Source: Octopus sinensis
Lineage: Eukaryota
Direction: 5' to 3'
Assembly (NCBI RefSeq): GCF_006345805.1
Contig: NC_042999.1
Location: forward strand, 17,732,001-17,796,000
DNA length: 64,000 bases
The stretch's first letter is position 1, and every line of letters begins with the position of its first letter. A model generated the notes under the pieces. That model did no database searches. It worked only from the letters and a program-made list of their open reading frames with translations, and was not told where the DNA came from. Positions 11,950 to 24,049 of the stretch are shown piece by piece. A program made the position numbers and the translations under genes.

Positions 11950-13157
11950 TGTTTATAAAGGTTGAAACTTCGTGTTTACGTTGAATATTTGAATAATAGG
12001 AATAAAAAATGGAGTCAACGCAGGTTTAAACAAGTATTTTTTCTTTCTACATATGTTTCAAAAATTCCACTGATACTTATTCAAAAGAATAAAAGGTATA
12101 AACAATGCAATCTTCTCTTCGGGAAAGTGAAAAAACGATACTTGTCAATACGACATTTTAGCAAAAAATGATGGATTCGTATAGCGATAGACAGAACGCT
12201 ATAACTATTGTTTAAAAAAACGTTATATGATATAACGTCATAAGTAGCTAACAGAAAGAGTAGGGATATTAATAGTGAATGTTAAATATAAAGGAAATTA
12301 AAGTCTAAACTATATATAATTATAGAGACTACTTATATGCACTAAAAGTATGTTTTTGCCAATGCTTACATCTGTATGCTCGTTCTATAACCGTGTTTAC
12401 TAGAGTATTTTTAGAAAAATAATGAAAAATAGCTCAGAATTGCAGAGAAGACAGAATTTCTTGCCTTTGTCATATGGTATCGAAATTGAGAGGATCAACC
12501 ATTCCAAATGAAATTGTTCATTGTGGTCTTTTAAATTCCAAATCAGTTTGCTGAGACCGGTACTATTCCGTTTATTTCTATCCCTAAAGGTTGAGTAATG
12601 GATAGAAATTCTCTTAGATAACTCTAACGATGTGCTTCCAATGTAAAATCGTACTTTATTACGAGTACTGATTATACACTGGTATATAGAATTTTTAATC
12701 TTAGAGTTACTTGACATAAATTTAATTCTATTGGGATTGACTTCAGATACAATAACCTTGTTATTAATATTTCTAGAGGGTTGGATGGTAGTAGCTAAAT
12801 TAATGTTAGTATTAGTAAATGTATTAATATTTAACAGTTTGTTATTATGAGAAGATATAATTTGCAAGAGGTTTTTGTGTTTCAAAAACCTATCCTAACC
12901 TTATGTGAATTAATTATAGAGTAATATCTAGAATTATTTGGAAAATTCGTAGCAATAGCTTGACGAAACAGCAGTGGGAGATTAGATTTAATTTGTCTCC
13001 CGTAAGGAATTATTAACCAAATATTTTTACTTGTATTCATAGCGTAATTACTTTTGAAGGTGTTATATTTACTTTTAGATCGGTAATAGGGGAATAAATA
13101 AGGGTTATCTGCCTTCATTCGCTTTGTATCGGTGCGTAAGTTATGTTTATTATCAAT
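11950..13157 (-). mobile_element. Penelope-like element 3' part: linker, GIY-YIG endonuclease and terminus (frameshifted)
   Basis: ORFs 12882-13118 (NIWLIIPY) and 12400-12885 (SIYQC...FYIGST, KRISIH, SKLIWNLK, CLLCNSE), then LVNTVIERAYRCKH in another frame; HHR in the 3' terminus. Confidence 0.9.
12043..12127 (-). ncRNA. Type I hammerhead ribozyme in the Penelope 3' terminus
   Basis: Stem I ctttc/gaaag; core ccgaaga (U4C); stem II gaagatt/aattttt with a long loop; GAAA; palindromic stem III ACATATGT; GUA site. Confidence 0.72.
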
Positions 13158-13279
13158 ATTTCTTTTACGACTAGATTATCTAAATTATCTGCTAATGTTG
13201 ATATTTTCAATAATAACGCTGAATTCTATAACTCTGCCTTAATCAAAGCAGGTTATACAGAAAAATTTTCTACATTGAT
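13158..13279 (+). pseudogene. Penelope RT thumb segment, displaced
   Basis: Translates ISFTTRLSKLSANVDIFNNNAEFYNSALIKAGYTEK, the region that normally follows the RT core. Confidence 0.75.
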
Positions 13280-13712
13280 TCTGCTCAGTCTAATTGTAAA
13301 TTCAATAATGTAGCAATTAATGTTGTGTTGGCAGCCAGAAGATCTATTATTAAATTTGATGATAAGTTGTGGGTCCGTAAAGACACACCAGATAGTTTCG
13401 ATATACCTATGGGAAGTTCTGATTCAGCACAGATAGCTGATTTGGTCTGTATATACATTCTTTTTGAAATGGCTGAAGAGTTCCCTAACATTTATGGAGG
13501 TCTATATCGTGATGATTGTTTACTTTACCTCCAAAATGTTTCTAACCAAAAGGTACAAAAAGTTAAGAACAGTTTAGTTAATTTTTTCAGTAGAATGGGC
13601 TTAAAAATCGTTTTTGATGACGATCTGACGAAGGCCAACTTTTTAGATATTACGCTTAATTTACACAGTGACTCTTACTTCCCATATCATAAACCGTTGA
13701 CCAATCTTAAGT
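13280..13712 (+). pseudogene. Penelope-like reverse transcriptase core fragment
   Basis: FDIPMGSSDSAQIADLV, GGLYRDDCL, NFLDITLNL, PYHKP motifs. Confidence 0.92.
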
Positions 13713-13721
13713 TATGAGATA

Positions 13722-13815
13722 TATAACGGGAAGCTTTATGAAAATAGACAAAAGACGAAGGCAGGTGGAATACAAGCAAACAATTGTATTAGTATGGCGC
13801 TCAGGAAATATAAAT
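13722..13815 (-). mobile_element. 3' half of the 54450-type non-autonomous element (HHR missing)
   Basis: Reverse complement atttcctgagcgccatactaatac...ccacctgccttcgtcttttg matches 54570-54650. Confidence 0.65.
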
Positions 13816-14129
13816 AAAACAAATCTGGAAATAAATGGGTCAAGATAGAAAATGCTAAAATAATTTTATAAAAAACATCTCAGTACCGGTTTCAGTCATT
13901 GCGACTGTTTCAACGGTAACAATTAAATGATTAAATTTAGAGAAATTAAAAGAAAAGATTTTTAAAAGGATATTTGTATAGTGTTCAAATACAAGTAGCA
14001 TTTTCCTTGTTTTTGCCTGTCTCTGTCTCTTGTTTACTCCCATGAAAGATAATAACGTTAGCGGCCGATACATTATTATCTCTCATGAATATCAATTTTC
14101 TTTATATATTCTAATTTTTTTTACTAAGT

Positions 14130-14410
14130 TTCTTTTCTCAATGCGGCTTCGGTCCTGAAACGGACAGAGGCATTGTTTGAAGGCATATAAGTTTGTTATG
14201 AGTAGACATCGATGAATACAATCATGTGCTTTTGGTGCTAAATTCGAAGTCATGATACCATGTTAAATGGCATTCCTTCTTGAAATTTTGGAGAAGTAAG
14301 ACACAATCCTTATTCACTTCGTTCTTTCCAAAAATGCCTGTGAAAATCTAGTCTTAATTTTTGTGGCTTCGGATATATTTTTAATCCTACTTTTAGCAAA
14401 ACTTGTGTTT
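14130..14410 (-). mobile_element. Second copy of the 11255-type retroposon end
   Basis: Roughly 80% identical to 11255-11530 in inverted orientation. Confidence 0.65.
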
Positions 14411-14448
14411 CATAGCGCCCTACCTATATAAAATTGTTATATATATAT

Positions 14449-14492
<44 letters not shown>

Positions 14493-14498
<6 letters not shown>

Positions 14499-14762
14499 AT
14501 ATTTCGGAATGGTCATATTGCCAGTTTAGCCAATAAAAACACACGCACTATATATTGGTGTTATTTTGCTTCAGTGATATTTATTTTTTACATTAATCTT
14601 AATCTTATTTCGGCCAAAGTTCTTTCGTCACATTCCTGTGACCGCATCAATGGTCCTTTGTTTTCTTATCACTTACTTGTGTCTTTCCTTACTAACCGTC
14701 AGCCATTTTGTGTGTTTTTATTGGCTAAACTGGCAATATGACCATTCCGAAATATAACAATA
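14493..14762. mobile_element. MITE with ~52 bp terminal inverted repeats
   Basis: tattgtatatttcggaatggtcatattgccagtttagccaataaaaacacac at 14493-14544 mirrored at 14710-14762. Confidence 0.85.
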
Positions 14763-15283
14763 TCTGTTTCAACACACGACTTCACATAAAAAAAATCTTG
14801 CACAACAAATATTTAAACGTATATATATATACTATTTCTTTACTATTTATTTACTATTTTGTACTTAACTTAATTATTGGTATATGTTTTATCGTAATAT
14901 TTCTATAAGGTATAATTTGATTATGTCATTGTTATTTTATTGTCGAATTGCTACATGGAGGTTCATTTCTAATGTATATACATACACACACGCGCGCACG
15001 CACACACACACACACATATATCTATGTATGTATACATATATATTTATATATATTTATGTATATATATGTGTGTTTGTGTGTGTGTGTGTGTGTGTGTATG
15101 TGTGCTTCGTGTATGTATGAGCGCGCGTAAGAGCGTTTATGTGTGTTTGTATGTGTGTGTAATTTAAAGCCAAGATTCTTTTACACTCTTTCATTATTAA
15201 TATTATGCATATTAGTATTTGAAATTAGAGCTAGCTAATTTAATTTGCTGATATGCTATCCAGAGGTTTGGTGACAATATGTC

Positions 15284-15355
15284 TTCTCAAGCATCAGGAA
15301 CACTTCTAAAGATTCTTGCAGAACACAACTTGATATTTTTCTGCATGCTGAGAAT
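15284..15355 (+). repeat. Left 72 bp direct repeat flanking a Tc1 fragment
   Basis: Near-identical to 15831-15902. Confidence 0.92.
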
Positions 15356-15830
15356 GGTTTGTCAACCAAAATGTATCAGATTTATCTTTGTGTTCATAAA
15401 CAAATTTTAAACGGGCATCTCTATGCCTTTTTAGTCAACAGCCTAGTGTTTCTAGGAGAGCGTGATTTCAGTTCATTCCTATGAAGTTCATTGCTGATTG
15501 TTCATAGTGTAACACTAGGCCCTAAAGCTAACAGATCTTCTCACAACTCCTTTCTGGTGATCATTGCGTTTTTTTTTCCATTCTTCGTTTAATTTTTCTT
15601 AAAGATCTAGGGGAAATCTTGCGTGGTGCACTGGATCTTATTCTGTTTTCAACAGTTCCCAATTTTTTATATCTTTGAATAAATGAAGATATGGTAGAAA
15701 ATGGAATACAAAAAGTCTCTGATATTTTCCTGTAAATCTTACCTGCTTTCCACTGTTCAATAATTAAGTTTTTCACTAAATTTGGAGTTTTTTTACTTTT
15801 CGCCATTATTACAATACTTCTGTATGTGTT
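15356..15830 (-). pseudogene. Tc1-family transposase N-terminal fragment (HTH domains), no TIRs
   Basis: MAKSKKTPNLVKNLII...STISSFIQRYKKLGTVENR..APRKISPR, then ITRKEL...TISNELHRNELKSRSPR...ARLKFVYEHKDKSDTFW. Confidence 0.88.
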
Positions 15831-15902
15831 TTCTCAAGCATCAGGAACACTTCAAAAGATTCTTGCAGAACACAACTTGATATTTTTCTGCATGCTGAGA
15901 AT
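15831..15902 (+). repeat. Right 72 bp direct repeat
   Basis: Near-identical to 15284-15355. Confidence 0.92.
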
Positions 15903-16099
15903 AGTTGTCAACATAAGAATCAATATCATTCAGTCCCTTAGATATCACTTTGGATTCTGTGACATATCCAGCAATTTCCACAAGAGAAAAATGTCTTCAT
16001 TGTCACGTACATATTCTATAATTTCATATTGTTTTTTCCTTAGATTTCTCAATTTCTTTTGTATTCATCTACCATTGCAAGATAAATGGTAAAGACTCC

Positions 16100-16490
16100 T
16101 TTCGATTATGAATGACCACGAGATGGCACCTAGAAACTTCCGCTCTCAAGCTCGGGCCAAGTTTTTATGGAAGACCACCAGAGACCTGGGAGTAATTGTG
16201 GACAACTACATAAGCTGGGCCGCTCAAATATACAGCGAAATTGACATGTGGTGCAGAATGTGTTTCTGGATTCTCAGAATGTTCCTGTCGAGAGATATTT
16301 ACAACATAATCCTCTCTTCTCTACTTTTGCCCGATCCCACCTTGTATAATGTTGTACGCTGTGGTCTCCCCACTCGGAACAAACTATCATGAATGTTGAA
16401 GCACCTCAAAGGTCAATTACAAAAACGATAGATGGTATGACAGGCCTTGACAACTGGAACCGACTAGAAAAGCCCAAGCTTTGCCCCTTG
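16100..16490 (+). mobile_element. CR1-like LINE ORF2 C-terminal RT fragment (decayed)
   Basis: RDLGVIVDN...WILRMF...ARSHL...LWSPH...VEAPQRSITKTIDGMTGLDNWNRLEK across frameshifts. Confidence 0.85.
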
Positions 16491-17066
16491 TGGGCAATAA
16501 AGAAATAAGGAAAGCTCATGCTTTATTCTTCATAACGTCACCGTGAGGGCTATATCATTTGCATGATGTGCAAAACATTTCATCATTATTGCCGACATGA
16601 TTTTGGCATCATCTTTAAGACACAACCATGGCTTGGGACCCGTATTGTCCGCTTACAACATAATTCACACCTGCATCTTATAACAGTTATACAGCTAAGT
16701 TTTAATGTACAGGACACCACAACTAGACGTAGAACTCAACGAGAAACGAAAACGGGAAAGCCATATTTTTACAACAGAAAAACAGAGTACAGGACATGCT
16801 ACACAAGGAAAAATCTCCAATTATCAGCTGTCACTAGTAGACTCAAGCGTGTTTCGAAGGCAAGACAGGACACGACTTGTCAAAACTATGCCTTCCTGCG
16901 AGAGAATTAAAATAAAATTACCTCCCGTTCTAGCATTGGTGTAGCTTACAATTCCAAATTTGGCACAATTCCTTCCGGGATCTTCCAGACATATATTACT
17001 GCATACTCATCTCCCGTCTCCTCTCCAGGGAGTAGATATCTTACTATAGCATATATATATATATAT

Positions 17067-17122
<56 letters not shown>

Positions 17123-17164
17123 TTTTTTTTTTATTTTATTTACATTACACATATATATGTATAG

Positions 17165-17385
17165 CAAATGAAAGACAGAAATTGGAATATACGAGAATTT
17201 ATTGTTAATCACAATTGCTTCGACACACCTAACAACAATTCTTCTTTCGTGGGACACTCAACAACTGGTTCAGGAGCATCTGGTGGCACGGATGTATCTC
17301 GTCGGTCGATAAATAAATACAACTCGTTAAAATAACTCTTCCGCAATGTAACGTTCCGTTTTGTAGAGAGAAAAGCAGCCAGACG
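17165..17385. repeat. Diverged duplicate of 61855-62066 (inverted), coding-like
   Basis: Alignable over ~220 bp; indels of 3 and 9 nt; substitutions show 3-nt periodicity. Confidence 0.8.
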
Positions 17386-17489
17386 GAGGAAATATCTTCA
17401 TTTATATAGAAGATCAAAAATAAAATCATATATATGTGTGTATGCGTGTGTTTGTGTGTGTCACACGCCTTCAGAACATAAGCAGGGAA

Positions 17490-17930
17490 CCTATCAAGGC
17501 TAAATTGTGTTACTAAATTGTGTTACTGCTAAATTTTGTTTAATTTCGTTTATTGCCTCAGGGGCGCCAAACGTTATATCCAATATAATTTTGAGGATTA
17601 ACATCCCTGATACAGTCCAGATCATCCGTATTAGGATTGCTAAAATAGAGCAGTACTGTTTCTACAATATATCACTCATGGCTTTGGCATTAGTTTGGAG
17701 AGTGCCATTTTCATCAATTAGAGGGCCAACAGTGGGGACAGTGACCTTGTTTTCTTTCGCGAAAGAGAACACTTTTGAGTTGAGTTCGATTTTCTCAAGT
17801 GCCCATTTCTCCTCAGGAGTTCTTCGGTTATTGATAATGTTCTTCATGTATTGTTGGAGGTTATTTTTTCTTATTCGAGCAGAGCGTTAGCCGTCGAACT
17901 TATGTGTGGCTGTTGGCAGTATTTTAGTTT
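17490..17930 (-). mobile_element. CR1-like LINE ORF2 pre-RT fragment
   Basis: KVFSFAK...VPTVGPLIDENGTLQTNAKAMSDIL*KQYCS. Confidence 0.8.
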
Positions 17931-18149
17931 GTTAATTTTAATTTTTATTAACAAAAAAAATTTCTGATAATCGTTTTTCTGCTTTGAGGAATTCTGCACT
18001 TTAGTTTACTTCGCAAGTATTGGTGGATTATGATTAGCACATATGTTTGTGACAGTTTCTACACAGATCTCCAGAGATATTTTGAGACTGGAGGAGGTGT
18101 GCGCATGCGTGAAAGACGAGTCAACATGTGATAGCTTATTTTATATTCT

Positions 18150-18270
18150 CTTCATTGTACATGTCTTTTTCCTGGCTAAAAGCTGATTTTTAGGCGATTT
18201 TACACAAGACTCTTTTTCACTATTGGTATTTATTGTGAATAAACAATAACTGTGTCTTATTCACAATTTT
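18150..18270. repeat. Inverted-repeat partner of 19650-19790
   Basis: aaatcgcctaaaaatcagcttttagc and ttcacaataaa..taccaatagtgaaaaa are shared in opposite orientation. Confidence 0.7.
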
Positions 18271-19190
18271 ACCATCGAAAAGCAGAAATATATAGGTCAC
18301 TAACGTGACTAAGGGCATTAGTCAGCTCTAGTATTGCTAGAAATAATAGTCAAAACATCTCATAGCACTGACGAAGCACTTATCTTAATATACGTATTCG
18401 CTTTCAGTACATTTATTTATATTCAGACTGTTTGAATTGAAAGAAACGTTTTTTTCTATTTGTGAGGGACGCAATTATTTAGATGAACATATATTCATCG
18501 CACGGAATGGCTATTTTCGTATTCAATGTATATTTCATGGAACATAGAGATATAGATGATGAGAATACTTAATTTATACCAGAAAATATTTCTTGCTTTT
18601 CATTACCGGCGATAAATTCATATTTAACGACAATTATAAACATATGCTTGCTTAAATTGATACTTAAGACGACATCAATTAATTGATATAAAAGAACATG
18701 AATAGAAAATTCATTTTTGTGAAAGTTTTCCACATAAAATACATTCCTATCAGTAAACTTAAACGGAGAGCTATCGTAACATATTCAAAATATTTCATTT
18801 ATTTTAAATTTATGGAGCTTAGTTATTGTTATATTTTTATATCATATTTACTCTGTTATGGAACGGATTTCAGATTTTTGTATTTTGCATTCAGTATGCT
18901 ATAGATTATAACAAAATCCATTTAGAAAGCTACTTTTCACAGCATTATTTTTGATAACTCGCCCAAAATTTCATTATATATATATATATGTGTGTGTATG
19001 TCTATAATGAAAGTGTTTCTGTTGCCCAATATATCATATTATATACTTTGTATTTATGAATATAATGCTATGTATCATTTTTCTATTACAAAAGTTACTG
19101 GCTTTGGTGTAAATAGAAATATTAGTAAATTGTAGTAATAGCAATCTATATAAGCCAATGATGAAGGTGTCCAAACTTTACTAATATGCA

Positions 19191-19422
19191 TATTTCTTTT
19201 CTACCCACAAGGGGCTAAACACAGAGATGACAAACAAGGACAGACAAACGGATTAAGTCGATTATATCGACGCCAGTGCGTACCTGGTACTTATTTAATC
19301 GACCGCGAAAGGATGAAAGGCAAAGTCGACCTCGGCGGTATTTGAACTCAGAACGTAGCGGCTGACAAAATACTGCTAAGCATTTTACCCGGCGTGCTAA
19401 CGATTCTGCCATCTCACCGCCT
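19191..19422 (-). mobile_element. SINE family 2
   Basis: Full match to 10142-10372. Confidence 0.88.
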
Positions 19423-20255
19423 TGTGTATTTACTTATATACTTTACTAAAATACCTTTAACAGATATATTGTATTCATATCTAAATTTCTTAAAAAAAAA
19501 ACATGTTAGTATTGAATTTTCACTATACAACTCACCCTGCAGAGTTCGTGTCTCAGTACAGACGTTCAAGGACATAGTTACATACAAATATACTCCAATA
19601 CAGGCACTGATATACCTAAATACACATGTATAAGAGAATCAAGAACGAGTATTTTCACAATCAAATACTATCGATTGTTGTAAATTCACAATAAATTATT
19701 ACCAATAGTGAAAAAAAAAAAAAAATCATTTGTGAAATCGCCTAAAAATCAGCTTTTAGCGACGGAAAAGACACGTAAAAGGAAGCAAATTTATCGAACA
19801 CAACATTTGTGATGGTTCCACAGGATAAATTTTGAGAAAATTACGATTTCTATATTTGAATTTAACATCAGCGATCAATAATACTCTCTCAGGCAACATG
19901 TCATTGGATACATTAAGAGTGCTGATCAATGATGATCGATGTCGTTTCCAATAATAGATGTTACAGACATTTTAAAGCTAATTTAATAGATTACTAAGAC
20001 AAAGCAACATTAAAAGTTAACTTATATTTGAAATTAGTTGCATGGATACGCACACGCACACACACTCTCACACAAACAAACACATACATCACACACATAG
20101 CTGCACATATGTACACACGCACACAGAGAATCAATCATTTAGCCAAATCCTCTAAATACCCCGAATAATTATAAATAACTATATATACATACACACGTAC
20201 ACACACAGACACACACATGCACATACACACACATATATATATATATATATATACA

Positions 20256-20394
20256 TACTCTTTTACTTGTTTCAGTCATTTGACTGTGGCTATGCTGGAG
20301 CACCGCCTTTAGTCGAGCAAATCGACCCCAGGACTTATTCTTTGTAAGCCTAGTACTTATTCTATTGGTTTCTTTACCCGAGCCGCTTAGTTAT
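20256..20394 (-). mobile_element. SINE family 1, 3' fragment
   Basis: tactcttttacttgtttcagtcatttgactg... block. Confidence 0.85.
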
Positions 20395-20426
20395 ATGTAT
20401 ATATATATATATATATATGTGTGTAT

Positions 20427-20468
<42 letters not shown>

Positions 20469-21086
20469 AGTGCATTATTAATAATAAAATTAATACTATT
20501 AATGGTTATTCAATGTGTGAACCGTGCGGGGAAGTTTAAAAAATATGATGAAACTGAAGAGTACCTGTTTTGCTAGAGATAGAAGTCAAGTGACTGCGGA
20601 AGCCACAGAGAGCTCACTTTACGAGCAAGCATGGTCAAAACTGTGCAAGGATTAAAAATTAGGCTCCTACAATCGTGAAGTTCACAGAGGAAATGGTAGA
20701 TAGCTTAATACATGTTTCGGGCTCTTAATTAAACAATCTTATCCCATCTTCATCGCGAGAGAATTCAAACTTAAACGTATTCTCCTCACTACGCTACCTT
20801 GTTAGTTTGATGACCCGAGGCACATGCGTAAATGGACTAAGTGAATAATAAATAAATATACCTGTACATTATTAATAATAAAGTTAATGATATTAGTCGT
20901 TGTATGCTTGTTCGTAAAGTGCGTTGTCTGTGAATTCCCACTATTGATATTGTAAATTGAAATCCTGTCCAAGGACATTTGGCACGTTTAATATGAAGCA
21001 ACGATGTGTTCAGATGGTAAGTGGCGGCTTCTCATGCAACTGAATTTCGAACATGTAGAGGTTGCAAATGACCATGATGCGATAGC

Positions 21087-21123
<37 letters not shown>

Positions 21124-22499
21124 AATATATATATAATATACGAGGGTCCAAGAAACTATGATGACACTATGAAAGTCATTTATCCTCAGTCGCCTGGACT
21201 ACTGCTCTCAGCTATGGTCGCCTTATACTACAAGGACGATAGCAGAGCTTGAAGCAGCCCAACAAGTGTGTGTGTATGCACGTAGAGGTTCGCTTACTTG
21301 TGCATATGCGCGTATGTATTTGCATATATTAGTGAGTGTGTAGTATGACAACGTCCCACAAATTCTTGAATCACACTGTATCAGGACGACAAAGAATAAA
21401 AAAGGGGGGAAAACAACGTTTGTTGATAACATTGCGTATTTCGAAAATCGTTGTCTGACATTCATAATGAATCTCCGACATGGCAGACTGGAAAATGCCA
21501 TTGTTATGAACCTCTAATTGAATCTGTTGTTGAGAGTAAATATTTTGAATGTATTTGAAGCATTGCGCATATCTCTTATAGATATTTTGCTTGACGTCAG
21601 GCTGTAGAAGTTAAAATGCAATTCATGATTGCTGCTACGTAAATAAATTAGTGCGGAGGTAAAGGTCGATGATTACAAGGTTGACGATAACGAAGAGTGC
21701 AAATCTATATGATTTATAAATTGTATTTACAGATAAAATGAATAATTAGTTTATAATTCATATATTCTAGCAGGAGTCACTAATTTCCCTCCGTTTACAC
21801 CTGCGTTAGTTACCGTTGCAAACAAACTTGGTTCTGAATTACATCTGTCTTTAGTTTGGAACATTCATATATTCAAATCATATATATTCCTAATTCAATA
21901 TTTCTAATTCGATTCTCAGGGTTGTTGAAATCAAAATCATTAGCCGAGCTGTTACCATTTGTACAGCATTACTTTCTCATATCTGCCTCGAATACCAAAC
22001 TGGCAATCTATAGCCATACGTATGTCAATAATATGATAATATTTTTATAGTCGAAGCAATGTTTTAATTTCCAAATTAGCAGATCGTAAGCGAAATTTAG
22101 AGATGAATACTGAACTGATTATTTCTAAATGTATTTCCTTTACATACGCTGAAATTATTTGCGAGCATAAAATATTTCCGTATGTCCTACTTACTGGTAA
22201 GACACTGAAGAGTAAATAGCGTTCTGATTTTTCTTTAGACAACAAGCGAGCTGATGCAAAAAGGGAGCTAGTAATTATCAGACACAACACCTGACACAGT
22301 TTCTGCTAAGTGAATGGGCTTCATGAAATTCATCATGTGAACAGGTAATGTTTAATTAGACAACTGAGTGCCTACTTTAGTAAAACCAGGAAACAACCAG
22401 GCTTTAAGCATCGCAATTTCCGGAACCCACTTCGATTCGTCGTTGAATATCTAATCTCTAAACTGTTCAATTATTCATGTAATTTCTTTCTGCAGTAGG

Positions 22500-22692
22500 C
22501 ACAAATCGTGAAATATTGGGGGGTGGGGTGCTCATTGATTGCATCAACTCTAGTGTGGAAATGTTACTTACTTGATCGACCCCAAAATGATGGAAATAAA
22601 TAACAGCCTCAGTGGCATTTGAAATCAGAACATAATTCCAGAAGAAATATCACTATATATTTTGTCCAACGTGCTTACTAGTCTGTCAGCTC
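22500..22692 (-). mobile_element. SINE family 2, highly diverged
   Basis: gatcgacccc...gaaatcagaac...cgtgcttac..gtcagctc remnants. Confidence 0.55.
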
Positions 22693-22739
22693 TACATTAT
22701 TCACAGAAACGGACATTCTATAGGAGACAAACTCACTTA

Positions 22740-23308
22740 TATTGGGTTGTCCGGAATGTTCCTGCCGATATTAAAGGAAAGTAAAAGGTCAATAAATACT
22801 TGCCATTACATTTTTAATCAACCAAATATGAACTATTTTGTTGCACAATGCGTCTCCATCTTTCCTTTAACTTGAAAATAGCCTCTCCCCAGAATGGAGG
22901 TGGTTTCATGGCAAAGAATTCATCAAGGTATCTTTTTACGTCATCCAAGGAATTGAAACTTTTACCATTAAGACTATTCTGCAGAGACCTGAATAAGTGG
23001 AAATCCGAAGGAGCAATATCTGGTGAATATTGAGGGTGGGGTAACACATCCCAGCAGATCTGCAGCAATTTTTATCTGGTTTCCAAAGCATCAAGTACCG
23101 AAAATGAAATTTCTTATCTTCCATTTTAAAGGGTTACAGAATTAACACAGGATATAGGAACATAAACATTCTTCCACGAAAAGATAGCTCAAACTGTGCT
23201 CTAAATGGAGGTGTAGTAAAATCCTATGTTATGGACTCAACCATGTTCTAAAATTAGTCGGAATATAAGCTACTATAAATCGACAGGAACTTTTCGGTCA
23301 ACCCAATA
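22740..23308 (-). mobile_element. Mariner internal-deletion derivative with both TIRs and TA TSD
   Basis: TIRs ttgggttgtccggaatgttcc / ggaacttttcggtcaacccaa; ORF 22814-23068 has HPQYSPDIAPSDFHLF; N-terminal MEDKKFHFRYLML fused to the C-terminus. Confidence 0.92.
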
Positions 23309-23845
23309 CATTGTTAAATACTTGGCCGCAATTGCACGTCACGCATTATAGGGACTCAAGAATATAATTAAAATTAGAATGTTGAATCGATTTCATGTTT
23401 AACATCTAATGAATGAGCAGGTAAATTATACCGGTGAGCCTTAGTTTGCACGAACGTACTACATATATTCACTGACAACTGAATGCCCACGTATTAACAA
23501 CGAACCATTTTAGGGTTAAAACAAAGCCACACTAATCAAAGGTAATTTATGTCAAAAAGCATTTAAATTTAGAATAGTATAACGTCGATCATGAGAGAAA
23601 TAATGGAGAGATTGCTACGTTAATTAGGCAGGCCACGTGTATTAAATTTACATAGACACTTAGAAATATAAAAGCGGTTACACGGAATATAAATGATATA
23701 AAGTAACAAGCAGAACTAATTGTACTTTAAATACACTAATACCGATGTGTGGTTAACAAGTTCTCTTTCTAATGTGATATTTCCGGATACATTTCATTGC
23801 TGACACTTTAAAAATTTTTCGTTTCCGTTTCTTATTCACATGGAT

Positions 23846-23878
<33 letters not shown>

Positions 23879-24049
23879 GGCTTCTCTTAGCGTAGATGTT
23901 TTCATTCATGGGCGTTAGCTACAGTATTAAAGTAGTTTAGCTCTCATTTCTAGCAATGCAGGCGTTTCCTAACGCCCTAGCCACATTTAGTAATAATTAC
24001 AATTCTTCTTTCTGGTGAAACTTTGCGAACTGCACTTTATATTAATATT

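Noticed and set aside
11255-14410. Inverted repeats that could be TIRs of a 3 kb composite transposon carrying the Penelope
   Set aside because: Each arm continues into an A-rich retroposon-type tail and they differ by ~20%, fitting two independent insertions
16740-16800. WW-domain-like TKTGKPYFYNRKT
   Set aside because: Both signature tryptophans and the terminal proline are absent
22190-22250. KEKSERYLLFSVLP before GTAAGT on minus, resembling a nucleotide-cyclase coiled-coil end
   Set aside because: Only a 7-residue resemblance; no cyclase catalytic exons found downstream
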